A DNA stretch of 63,581 nucleotides, counting the filler, from Collodictyon triciliatum (lineage: Eukaryota), in assembly GCA_043381765.1 (NCBI GenBank). It is 4 parts of 4 records of this genome, joined end to end, with 100 filler letters (N's around TTAATTAATTAA, not from the genome) between each part and the next. Parts side by side here need not be neighbours in the genome. Positions count along the whole stretch, not along the records: positions 1 to 16,833 come from JBHJMP010001508.1; 3 more parts are not named here. One strand, written 5' to 3'. This document shows, in pieces, positions 1-12,919 of this stretch (position 1 is its first letter; each line of letters opens with the position of its first letter). The notes under the pieces were generated by a model. The model did not search any database. It was not told the DNA's origin and saw nothing but the letters and a program-made list of their open reading frames with translations. The position numbers and the translations under genes were made by a program.

Positions 1-93
<93 letters not shown>
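1..93. repeat. (TAT)n microsatellite at contig start
   Basis: Direct reading of an uninterrupted TAT array. Confidence 0.95.
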
Positions 94-210
94 CACGACG
101 GTTTCTGTTACTATTTTTCTACGTGTGGTCGTTTATTTTGTCCTTTTTATAAAGATGATATTTTCCTTCCAATCTTTCTATTTCTGATTGATTACTTATA
201 ATATTTAAAA

Positions 211-2811
211 GATATGCAGCAGAAGGAGTGCGAGCTCTAGAATCTGACCAAATTCCGGCCCCAGGTACTTGAAGCATGTGCATACATTACTTGGGGAATA
301 TATGACCCTATACGGGAATATATTTTTTTACTCCCTTTAGAGTAACTCAAGATTGATTACATATAACTTTTTTTATGAAAAAAAAAAAAAAAACACTATA
401 CTGCGTCGTACATGCCACACATATTAGCCTTTGCTTTTCTAGCACCTTTGGCTCGGCAATTAAGAAGGATTATAAATAGCATCATCGACTTTTTATACAG
501 AGTACATGGCACGGTAATATCCTAATTTACTTCTAATCTAATACTAACTTACCTTTAGTCTACAATTCCATAAAACATAGGCAAACCATAAATATTGCCT
601 TATTCGAAAAAAAATTGGGTTAAAATCAAACATACCAACAATAGAAGGTCCAAGGCATCATATGTGAATTCATCATAGATATGTCACAAAGAGTATGCAT
701 TACTTATTTATTCTTTGAAAATCCGCACCTGAATCGAGCGTGAATATATGTTCAAACTCCTACATAGTATATTTACTTTCATTAATTTGGTGTGGTGACA
801 CATGTGGAATAGATAATTCTTCATTCTATTCTTAACCTCACGATGCTGGAGTCTCTTACAAGGACCATCGCGACATTTCCGGTAATTATTGCATATACGT
901 ACACATACATATATACGTACATGAAATAAAAAAGAGTCAAAATGAGAATTGAAAAATGAGAGTAAAAAGGCGAAGAGATTAATTATCGTTCAAGAATTGT
1001 ATTTGAAGCCTTTTGTAAAAGTCAGATTGAAGAGCTCGGTTCGAAACTTAGTGGGATAGATATAGTGTCCATAAATCGAATGATCAATCAATCAATCAAT
1101 CTATCTATCAATCAAACCCAACCCCTAGACGGGACAGCTCTCTGTGTTCGAGAACGAAAGCGCCCCCACGGACACAAGTCAGAAAGCTGCCGCCCACCAA
1201 CGTCTCATCACAAACTTCCCGGGCGGAAAGCCCATCCAATCACCCATCACCCCACGCCCACCCTCAGGTGGGAACGGCAGACGTCCAGTTCCCTTTCTGT
1301 CCCCATCTATGTCCCCAACTCCATCACAGCCAACACCGCCTTTTGCAGGGGCGTTTTCAGGTACAAATGCAAAGTCGCGTGTTGGAAGCGCAGGGGAGGA
1401 CACATCCTCGAGACCTGTCCAGACCGCGCGAGGTCGACTACAAACGCCGCTCTCTCCAGTCCAGCCTACTGCACCTTCGCCCTTCAAGGCTTTGTCTCCG
1501 TCGCCCCTGCCTTTTGTGCCCGGGCTATCTCCTTCGTCCGCTTTCCCGTCGCGCGATGCAATCCGCCAAAGCACTGCATCTCCTAACGCGCGCGGCCAGT
1601 CAGCTTCGTTAGGTGCCCAAAGAACTCCATCTGAGGGAAGTATTGCTGATATTTTGGGCACACTTACATCCAACCAGTTTGTGTTCACTTCGGATGCTCG
1701 TGACCAGCTTATTGCAACGTTAAGAAGTGAGAGAGGCACGGATTACATTCGGAAGCACCCAAAGTATCTCAGTCCAGAGTTCATGTCGGATGAGTTCGCT
1801 CAGGACCGAAAAAAACTCGAGGCAGCTTTGTCTGGCTTGGAAGGATCGACGCCGGTGATTCAAAAAGTCATATCAGATGTTTTGATGCGCCGGTTTACGA
1901 ACGGACGAGATAACTCCCTCGTTGGTGACCAAGATGAAAGCATTCTGAGAATGGAAGAAACTATTCGCGCATTAACAGATGTTATTGTTCGGTGAGTTTT
2001 TTTTTCTTTTCCTGGATGCTAATTTGCTTATTTAACTTTTTTTTTTTTGTTTTACGGAATAATCTAAAATCCTTCATTAAGTTGATACTAAATGATGTAT
2101 CTTCTATTTGAATCATTTTTCTTTGTTAAATCCATAATGCTGAGCAAGCGAAATTATTTATATAATATGATTTAGTCTTCGGGTTGAGATGGGTTATGCG
2201 AGGCAAAAGAACGAGGAGATTACATATCAATGCCAAGTTACGAAAGCTTCAAACTCTGATTTATCGACGCAACTTCACTCTATAAAAAAGTAATATTGTA
2301 TCTGTGGCTGAATTACTTAATTGCAATCATACATGCTATGCTGAAATAGTATGAAGGATAAAAAAATAAACCACAGCAATTACTTACCATCATATATGTA
2401 AAGGGAACTGGATGAACTAAACGAGTCGATTGGAAATTCTATCCAAACATTAACAAATGAACGAGACGAATTGAGATATCAAATTAGTAGGAAGGATAAG
2501 GTAATCCTTCGTGACTAAATATCTACACTTTGAATCGAATAAAGGGATAAAACTATCATAATCTCATTTTTCTAAGGAGATGTCATTTTTTTTCGTTTAA
2601 TTTTAAATCCAAAAATATAATCAGGTAATTGCAGACATGATTCGTAGAATTGAATCACACGATGAACTTTCGAAGATACAAAATGATGAAGCTCTTCGTG
2701 AAGAAAGAAGACTGCAGTTGTTCAACGACAGTATTCATTTAATTTATAGAATCGATGTTTTTGTTTTAATAGAAAAAATCTGATGAGACGCCCTTGTACT
2801 TGATTCCAGAC

Positions 2812-2891
<80 letters not shown>

Positions 2892-4820
2892 GTATCCTTC
2901 GTAGGTCATTACATTCCTTTGGATATTGATGATTTGCTTCTAGAGGATCCAGAAAGAGAAAGAACCATGCATAATATACAGAAGTTTCTGTATGCTCACG
3001 AAAGTACGCGATTATTCTTGCAAATATTTTAATTTGTTTTAATTTAATAATGTAACAAAAAACCTGGAAGCGCAATGTGAAGAACTTCTGTATAGAATTT
3101 CCAACATCATTACATATATCTTGTAGTGACCATCCAGCAGATATTTCAACATTATGCAGCTGATTCCGGAGATATTCACAGCGCATTCACTATGTCCCTT
3201 ATTCAGTTCTGGAAGTTCGCTAAAGATTGTCATCTTCACACAATTGATTTACCTCTGGGTAAGCCGATAATTGGTCTAATAATGATATCATTTACTTTTA
3301 ACACATGGTGTTAGAGTTGGCGTATACATATATCTTACTCGAAATAAGACCTTATAAAGAGATTTGAATTCGCAATTCCCATTGAAAAATTTCGTTAGCA
3401 AAAATAGACTTGTTCTTTGTGAGGTCTAATTTGGACCGATCTGAAGCGGGACATATAAACAAGGTCTTCTTATCGATGAATCAAAGATAGTTCTATACAA
3501 AATATGTTCTTCACAATATAGGATGATGATTTATCTCTTTCACTTTGCATGATTACGATACATAAACGTAGAATATATATTTGTAGGACCCACATAACCC
3601 GGAACATTCACTTCTATATCACGAGTTTATCGAAGGCATTATCCGAATAGCACATGCGAGATATATTCACATTTCTACAATCGAGGGTCGTGTTGCCACA
3701 TTATTTACTACTAAGATCTTTCCTCACGCCGGCTGTAAACGTGTGGAGAGATTTCGTAATATGGTTAGCGACCCCCGTGTTGCGGTGCGTTAGTTACCTA
3801 ATCGAATACTAATTTATGTGTGATATTTTTAGAGGAAGGACATAAAAGTTTTGCAAATAGAGAATATGAAATCTAATCTAATCAAAAGTTTTTTTTTGTA
3901 TACGCACATATGCGCTGTTTATGTAATATACCATTATACTTGTACCCTTACTTTGATGTGTTGTCCTAGGATATATTTAAAAGACAGTCTCGTAATCTGT
4001 TTCGAATATTCAAATTATACTGTGATGAAAAGTTTGATGACTCAACAAGAGGAAAATCCACCATGATTATCCAGCAGTTCATGCTCCTTTTAAGGGTGTG
4101 CAACCTTTAATATATATCGCTTTTATATCAACATCAATAAGGCTGACTGCAATAATTTTCTGTCACCACTTTGCGTTATATCTTACTGTATCATCCCCGT
4201 TATTAGTATTGCCGTTAATGTTGTAAATGTTGTTACTGAAAACAAACAAACAAAGAAACAAACGAAACTATACACTTAAATACTTTTATGCATCTGCTTC
4301 AACCAGGATTGCAACGTCATTGATGAAAAGCTCTCACACAACGCAGTAGCAAATGCTTTTGTCTTGAGTCTTTGTGAAGACCCAGCCGTCTCTGGACAAT
4401 CTCAGTATGAGTATTCCCCTCACGAGGTTTGTATATCTTCTAATTTTTTTTTCTTCCTTTCAATTTTGTGCAGGATGGTGGAGATGTTGGGTTTGTTTGT
4501 ATATCTTCTATATTATTGTTCCCTTTTCTCTCTCTTTTTCTATTCTGTGCGTTCGACGAATCGAAATTTTGATAAGCGAATTCATACACTATTCTTATTT
4601 TTAGGTAAAAACTTTTCTCCGTTGTATTCCCCGAAATATTTTTGAATACATTATACCATATTCAATCATAATTTAAGTTTTCTCTGTCTCTCTCTGTCTC
4701 TCTTTTTCACTGGTTTAATCTCTATTATTACATCACGTACATCGTCTACACCAAAGATGGTGTTTGGAGAATTTATTGAGGTAGGCATCGTTTATATATG
4801 ACGAACTGTCATCGTTATGT

Positions 4821-4857
<37 letters not shown>

Positions 4858-4862
4858 ATTTT

Positions 4863-4896
<34 letters not shown>

Positions 4897-5242
4897 AAGC
4901 CAAAGTGAAGCCAAATCACAATATTATGCAATCGCATACTCATTCAATATTCGACATTCCAATGACCGAGGTCGTAGTACCAATACTTTCCCATTCCTAT
5001 TTTATCTCTCACGGTAAATATAATCATAATTGCATGCACACACTTTTACAAACTCAACAATCCATATTCGTCTATATTGAAAGTGCCTCGCACGCTGCGC
5101 TATAATAAAAATCCCGGACGCCCAAGTCGCCTTCTTTCGTAAAGTCGAGCTCTTTGTTGAATCCATAAACCTTGGAAATCTCAGACTCCCCAAGAGAAAA
5201 AAGCTTGGGCCTCGTGCTCTTCTTAACCTTGTGACTGGGTAA
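211..5242 (+). CDS. Multi-exon hypothetical protein, probably 5'-truncated: Pro/Ser-rich region, coiled coil, and a C-terminal domain resembling radial spoke RSPH10-type/EF-hand-like regions
   Basis: Long exon 1129-1992 ends at GTGAGT. Later GT-AG exons read IQQIFQHYAADSGDIHSAFTMSLIQFWKFAKDC, DPHNPEHSLLYHEFIEGIIRIAHARY, MVFGEFIE and CLARCAIIK...LLNLVTG, with TAA at 5240-5242. Family similarity is from memory only. Confidence 0.6.
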
Positions 5243-5641
5243 GCCCAAACAGTTCATGTCTCTTACACATGTTTCTTTTCTGATTATCCCACTTTCCACT
5301 CAAAGATATGAGCATAATCTGTTTCCCCCGACGCATTTTTCATTCATCAAACGACATTGATGAACGATTTTTTTTTTATCAAAAAACAAACAAAAAACAA
5401 CTATATACTCGTCTCAAATTATGTATATGCTTTATTCATCTTGTTTTCTGTCATAGGGATTGATCATTCAAAGATGACACGCCCCAATCGCGAGAATATC
5501 AGATGGATAGCAGCGAAGAGAATGTATATGATATAAAAACAACACCAAAAAAACAAGCGCACGTGGCACTAAAAACAATAAAATAAATGCCATCACATAA
5601 AATGAGTCTGCTTGCATCTATCTGTCTACGATTGTCTGGGG

Positions 5642-8481
5642 TTATTGCGTGCTATCGCTAAGTGGCTGGGGTGTTGCATGTCGAACAAAATAGATTGTTT
5701 TGTTAATGACGCTCGGCGAGTAGAGTATCAGCATGTGGTCCAGTGGGACGATATCCGTCTTGATATCCTGGCTCTGGGCGATTGAAGGAGGGAGCTCCAT
5801 ATCCGAGGTGGTTAGGATTCCATCATTTTCCTCTTCGAGGTACGGATTGATTCGACGCCCTCCTCCGCGAATCACGAGTATCTGATGTTTTTTTTTTTTG
5901 GGGGGTGCGTATTCCGTATTACTATCGTGTGTATTCGGGTGCTTGCTTGAAAGGGTGAAGGTTGGTACTGCTTGCCTTCATTTCTGGAGGGAAGGACCCT
6001 AGATTCTCAAAGAACTCGGGAGGGTTTTCCATTAGCTGCTTTCCTATGTTTCCTCCTACCTGTGCCAACATAACGAATTGTCTTAGCACATAATGAAAGA
6101 AATTGTTTATATGTATATATATTTAATTCCAATTTATTTTTTTCAAGAATCGTTAATTAGAGTGAAGAAAAATAAAATGGAGACTTTCTTGTATCTTGAG
6201 TTACCCGTGAATTTTGTTGTAATGATATGCATAAATAAATAAATAAAAAAAAGAAATGTATAATTTGAAATTCATTCGTCTACGAACCAGAATCTGTGAC
6301 ATCGATTTCAGAAGCGGGAATCCCTATCAGTTAATGAATAAATAAATAATAAAAATAAAAATAAAAATAAAGTACATTCAGATAACTTGGAATGGTGGTA
6401 TCAGATATTAATAGCGAGCCAACCGGAAAGAAACGAAAATGGTACTATGTGATCTATTCCAAGATAATACATTAAATTCAAATTGAAACAGATATGTCAG
6501 GTGTTGCTTATATTACTGTCAAATGTGTTGTGTAGGTTGGATCTAACAATATAAAGAGCGCAAATGGACCAAATAAATAAAGAAATAAAGGATGAACAAT
6601 ATGAGGAGATAATTCAAACAGACACAATTTAATCTCCTAGCAAATGTAGAACCACGGTTGCATGGTGCGAGTAATACTGCAACAGAACTCTTTGCAGCAG
6701 GCGGACACAAGGAATGGTTGAGAGATGCTCTTAAAATGCTCTACAAGAATATTTAGAACAGTAAGGAGGGTGTGTAACATGCAAATATATACGATTTTCA
6801 TATTTACAATCACAGAGATATTTGAGACAAACATAAAAACATGATGAGAATGATAGCAGTATTTATCATATAGCATATCATTACATGTACTAAATTATTT
6901 TCTCCATTTCATATAGCTACTATTTGATCGATAGGGTAATCCATATGCATACACAAAGTAAAAATAATACAAATAATACAAATAATACAAATAATACAAA
7001 TAATACAAATAATACAAATAATACAAATAATACAAATAATACAAATAATACAAATAATACAAATAATACAAATAATTCAAATAATACAAATAATTCAAAT
7101 AAATAAAAAGAATAGGAAAGCAAAATCTCACTGCGCCACACGAATGCACAACAAAAGTGAAAGAGACATTTGGTCGTCGCTCGATAATCTTATTCAAGTG
7201 CTGAACAAAAGTTTCTGCATGGTCCTCCAATGATTTGTTCCGACTCGGCCACGACCAATTAACCACCTCAACAAAAAAAGGTGTGTCTTTGCGGAACTGC
7301 TCTTGGCTTGGTCCAGAAGTAGACTCACCACGGTCAAGCCAGAGCTTCCTTGTGCGCGGCGAGGTCATCCCATTTGCAGGCTCGTACGTACCTTGCTGGA
7401 CGAGCGTTGCAGCATCCGTGCAAGTATCGGGGTCGGCCGTCTGACCCATGGGTACCACAAATGTCCAGTGTTCTGTTTGCTTTTGAAGGGCGTATGCCAT
7501 CGGGTACATCGTGCCTCGTACCCCAAGAAACCCATGGACCAAAATAACGACCCGCTCTGGTGTTTTGGAGTGCTCTTCAAGTGAATTCATCGGCTCTGCT
7601 TCAGGTGGTATGGGCTGGGTCAGGAACGTGAATGGAGTTGCATCATTTTGTAATGTAAATGGGAGAGAAAAAAAAACAGAGGCTGTGATAGCATGAAGGA
7701 AAAAAGTAGGCTGAAACATATCATTATGAGGCGTATTTTTTAATAAAGGAATTATAAGGCCTTCTTTTCTAAAATAGTATCTTTTATAAGGGATATCTGA
7801 ATAAGTTAAAAAAAGGGATGGACATCTTGTGAATGCGTGGTGTAGTAAATTCAATTGGTCTTCATAAACATTTATCGTCTATATGTTGAAAACCTGTTTC
7901 TCTTTCTTTCGGTTCAATAAATATCATTTTTTCCCAACATAAACTCGATTATAATATACGGCGACTTTTTTGAGTTAAAATAATATATAATCGAATAATG
8001 ATGGCGTGGGCGATTCAAAATAAAGGGGAGACTGAAGGGTTACAAGGAGAACTCACAGCGAAAGAGGGGATATGCATACGTGTTTGTTTGTTTGTTTGTT
8101 TGTTTGTTTGTTTGTTTGTTTGTTTGTTTGTTTGTTTGTTTGTTTGTTTGTTTGTTTGTTTGTTTGTTTGTTTGTTTGTTTGTTTGGTTGTTTGTTTGTT
8201 TGGTTTCTCAAAACAGAAGATAAAAGGATATCCAGAATAAGTTGCTTACGTGTAGCTATGTTATTTGTAGTCATTCCAGCGGGCGTGCTGAGCCCTTCTT
8301 CTGGGCGGATAGTGGGCCCATTTCGACTGGCTTCTTCTGCGGCGTTTTGGGCTGAAGAAAGCTGCAACCAGCGCAGAACGCGCTCATAATAAGACAGGCG
8401 CGAGGCGTGAGGATCATTGTGCGATTCCAGAATATACCCGGCAGCGAGAATCCCGACAAAGGACGTGATGATCAGACGCAT
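5642..8481 (-). CDS. Alpha/beta-hydrolase (lipase/esterase-like) with N-terminal hydrophobic anchor, multi-exon
   Basis: Exon 1 is MRLIITSFVGILAAGY... followed by a GTAAG donor. Oxyanion motif VILVHGFLG, nucleophile elbow FVVHSCG, and a last exon with ENDG (Asp) and LDHM (His). Stop at 5642. Confidence 0.75.
6961..7103. repeat. Intronic 9-bp tandem repeat (AAATAATAC)n
   Basis: Direct reading. It produces the spurious YYL/LFV/NNT ORFs. Confidence 0.9.
8081..8205. repeat. (GTTT)n intronic microsatellite
   Basis: Direct reading. Confidence 0.9.
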
Positions 8482-9013
8482 CAGACCTTGGCTTCTTTGA
8501 TCGCCTTTTAGATGAAAACCTTCCTTTTACTTCAACTGCGGTTAGGCTCGATCCCTTTACGCTTTGGTTGTTTTCGTTTTTGCCGCTTGCTTTGTCCGCG
8601 CTATTTCTTGGCTTCGCCTTCTCGCGCTATCTTTGTTTTTTCGGTGAGTGGTGTTTGGTCGTTTGTTTTGTGAAGTCCGCCCCACCAATTGCGGAATTGG
8701 CTTTGGGAACACCAACACAACACGCCCGAAGCAGCTTTCACTACAGGCCGTCGCATTGAGGGGAAGAGTAAATGCCGTCCAATTCTACGCATATCATACC
8801 CGATTTCATCTCCTCTCCTTTCATTCATTCATTCATTCATTTTTTTTATTTTATTTTTTCTTTATAATCTTGGTGTTAATTATTCCCACTTGTATCAGTG
8901 TCGGACCGGTTCTCCGACGGGTTGGGCAGACGATGGCAGGAGGGAATGGATGAGTGTGGCCGAGCAAGAAGGCGCAGGTACGCCGATGAAGCCTGCTGAC
9001 GGAACAGCCGGGC

Positions 9014-12008
9014 TTAGTAAGGGCTGTTTCCAAAGCTGCCTTGTGGGAAGGCGCCAAAAGGCGGGTGGGAAGGCTGTTGCGGCGGCTGGGCCGGGCGCAT
9101 CGCATTCATGGGGAGGCTCGAGGCCGAGGAGGACATTGGGCCTGTGGTCTTTTGCCCGATGGCGCTGAGGGGCACGTTGGACTTGTAGTTTGGCGGGAGG
9201 GTTGCTGCCTGCTGCTTCTTGGAGTCAAGGTCGGTGAAGTTGAGCAGCTTCGAGTGTGTAGTCAAAAGGGACGAGAGTCCGTCGCTCTTGCCCTGTGAAT
9301 TTTGCGGGATAGATGTAAAAGATCCTTTTACAGTAAATATAAATAACGGGAACAAATCAAACATATGCATCCATTTCGACGATGCCAGCAAACATAATAT
9401 AGATTACAATCACCTTCCCTTGACAAGATAACACAAAGGATACGTGCGTGAGATTACCTTGGACTCTGAGCCAGGGTTGCTGGGCTGGGAGGACTGGAAT
9501 GCACCAAAGTCAGATTGGAATTGGTCCGATTGAGCTGGTTGGAAGCCCTGCACATTGGACGGCTGCGCGATGAAGTTGAAACTGGAGCCGTTCAAAGGTT
9601 GTTGGAATTGCTGTTGCTGTTGGAATTGTTGCTGCTGTTGGAATTGCTGTTGCTGTTGGAACTGTTGCGTCGGGAAGAACGATTGCGGCTGACTAGCTCC
9701 AAACGAGGAGGACGCCGGGTTGAAAGGTTGGGGCTGTATTTGGGGTTGGATGGCAAAAGGATCAAAAGCCTTGGTTGTGGGCTGCGATGGGTATGTTGGG
9801 GCTGGGGCCTGGTTGAAAGCACCCCATTCGTCCCCTAAGCCATTTCCTGAGGCAATGAGAGACGGGGCCGCACCTCGTGGGTTGAAGTCGAAGCCTGGAT
9901 TCACAGACGCACTTGGGGCAGTGAAGGCAGTTTGTGGGGCCGGTGCAGCTGCAGGGAATGACTGAAAGTCCCCGAAACTTGCCCAGTTCGATGCCTGCGA
10001 AGCATTGGACGCAGCAGGATTGCCTCCCTGGAAGCCTGCGGGCGGCTGCGGCTGGTTGGAGACAAAGAGCAGGTCGTCCAGTAAGTTCTGGCTGGAGGCT
10101 GGTTTTGCAGCTGTAGTGCTGGGCCCAGATGCGGCATCGCCAAAGTCAATCAGGCTCACAGAAGATGCCGCTTGGGCAGGCTTGGGTTTCTGGGCAGAAG
10201 CTGGTTTTGCAGCTGGCTTGGTAGTCGTGGAGCGAGCTGGCTTTGGGTCATCTTCTGCTTCGTCCCCACTATGGAGACAGTGACCGAGAAATTGAAAAGC
10301 AGTATAAATGAGATGAAGTGAAGTTACGTAGCACGATTTCATATATGTATGTTCATGATTATGAGCTTGTGGGTGTCTGCGGATAGATAACAGCGAATCA
10401 CAGAAGGGATAATACGAGAGAACAAAATAAAACAAGAGGGGAAGAGGGATGGAAACGCGATACAAATCAAAGACAACGCTATATAAATAACCAAATATTA
10501 TGCTCTTTGCGCATTGGATATGTATTTGTGAGTTGATGAAAAAAGTGTGTGGGAATTGCGTACCTGACATCTGTGGGCGGAGCAACTGATCGAGATGCTG
10601 CTGGACGACTCTCCACTTTGGGTGCCATGTACGACGAGGATGAGGAAGAGTACGACGCGGGTTGGTTGTATGATTCGGAAGAGTATCCAGTGGTACGAGA
10701 AGAATCATAGTCCGAGGAGGAGAATCCTGAGCGTGAAGACATTCCCCCAGAGTATCCGCCAGAGTATCCGCCAGAGTATCCGCCAGAAGATGCAGATGAC
10801 GAACCAAAGCCGCGTGACCCATCGGATGAGACGCCAGAGTACTTGCCGCGATTCTTCTCACTTTTCACGCGTTCATCCATGAGCTTCTTGTGGTCGACGA
10901 TGTACTCGGAAATTTTTTTGGCCTTCTCGCGCACTGAATGGAATACAATCGGTTTTTCAGATTGTGCAAACGACGAAAATTGAGGATGGTTAGTTGTTAA
11001 CTTTTATACACCACAAGAATCAAAATTGAAAAGAAATATGTGTTCACTAATTCAATTACCATTTAGGCCGCGATCTACCATGTTTTCGTCTACGCACTCG
11101 TATTTTGTCAATTGACGAAGCTCGTAAGAGTGTTCCTTGAGGTCATCGTAACAGCGCTCATGACCATTGATGGCTATGAACTCAGCCAGAGTTAAGCTCT
11201 ATATGATAAATTTCAAGTTAATTGTGAGCTTATCTGATAGCGTGGGTAAACAAAGTATGGACTGTGTATCTCTTAGGTATGATTGCTCTTACGTGTCTGC
11301 ATATTTTGTTCAAAGGGGAAATAAGATGAGGCTAATTACCTTATAAAGAGTTGTCCATTTCCTCTTGGGGTCGTTTATCTTCGTCCAGATAGAGTTGGTG
11401 ATCATAGTGAAGTCTTGGCTGCAAAAACCCATGCTCAGATGTTAGAGTATTACAGAGTAAGAAATATTGCATGAACACACTTTAAAAGACTATTTTACTA
11501 TCGTGTGTAAAATTGCCCCTGGTTATTTGAGGAAAAGCGACATAGGTGACCAAGAAACGTAAAACGAAGCAAATTACTCACTAGTTGTGCGTTGCGTCGG
11601 CGATCTCATACATGAGAGTGGAGGATGCACCCCACGGATCATTAGAAGTTGCTTCGTCTACTTTCTGGACGATCTCGGGGATGTTCAGAACCGTGTTTTT
11701 GCTAAAAAGAAAAATTATAGTTTATAGGAATTAGCTGTTTTGCTTCGAAAAGAATGAAAGAACTAAACTGCCCAGAGTATTGTCTTCATTTATGCTCCTA
11801 AGTTAAAAACAAAGAAATATTGGTAGAGGTAGAGTGATCGATAAATGAAACGGAAAAAAAAAGGCTTTAACTAAGAATATATGAAAAGCACACCTTGTAA
11901 ACTTTGTAGTAAAAAGGAAAAAAAGAAAAAAGCCAATGACAGAAAGACTTACATGGTCTGCAACTTTTGGCGTGCAGTCGAAAACATGTCTCCGAGACTG
12001 TCAGCCAT
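9014..12008 (-). CDS. CLINT1: ENTH-domain clathrin adaptor, epsinR/Ent3-like, multi-exon
   Basis: MADSLGDMFSTARQKLQTI|KNTVLNIPEIVQKVDEATSNDPWGASSTLMYEIADAT...WTTLYK|SLTLAEF...DRGLN|VREKAK forms the ENTH domain. The tail carries SLIDF, LLDDLL, DFNPRG, DEWGAF, DFGAF and DPF motifs. Stop at 9014. Confidence 0.85.
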
Positions 12009-12300
12009 GGCCCTGCAGCGAGTGCTCTAGGTTTGGTGGATTTCTTGTCCATAAAGAAGGTATTAGTACAAACTGCACGTAAGAGAACTTCAATTATCTC
12101 ATTCTTGCGATCGACCCTCGTCTTCCTCTGCTTGCCACAATTCGTTTCCGATATATTATAATAACATGATTATCTATGTTGCAATAATGTTGATTTTGTA
12201 AGGATTGCTAAGCGGGCAGAGTCCAAAAAAAAAGTAGAAAAAAGAATTAAAAAAGAAGAAAATAAAAGAGAAAAAGAGAAAAAGAGAAAAAGAGAAAAAG

Positions 12301-12335
<35 letters not shown>

Positions 12336-12919
12336 AAAATAGAAAAAAGAAATAAAAGAGAAAAAGAGAAAGAAAGAAAGAAGGGAAACAGAATGGAAAG
12401 GACGACACGGTGACCGGGAAAAAAAAGCAGTATGTGTGTTCAGCGTTTACGAAATGATACCGAACGAAGGCACTCAGCTTCGTAAAGAAGGTAAGTTGCG
12501 CGCAACTCACAAACACAAACACAAACAAAAACACGCGATCAACCAGACAACATGGCCTGTGCGGGTTCCGCAGCACGAGGATCGAAGCGCGCTTAATGCT
12601 GCAGGAAACCTTTTGCCCCAGCAGTCTCTTTACTTTCCTTTTCATCTTTTCTGCCGAAAGGGTTGCTGGCATCTTCAGAACAAAACGAAGACAATGGCAA
12701 ATGATCGTTAATGTCGACCGCAACACAAGCCTTTTTATTGGATTTCGACGCCCTTGGCGAAAGAAAGAAACCATAAATCTATAGAAGGAACAATTCTATG
12801 ACATTTCACAGAATTCATCTGCTTTTATATTCTTTTTATGGATAATATAATATATATAATTTCTGCTAATTTAATCCTAAAAATTATATATTAATAAAAC
12901 ATAATATCAACAGTACTAT

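Noticed and set aside
1179-1739. Antisense and alternative-frame ORFs over gene 1, epsinR and DNAJA
   Set aside because: They are shadows of GC-rich coding exons.
6961-7103. Tandem repeats as a CRISPR array
   Set aside because: No unique spacers and only short units. No repeat-spacer array was seen anywhere in the window.
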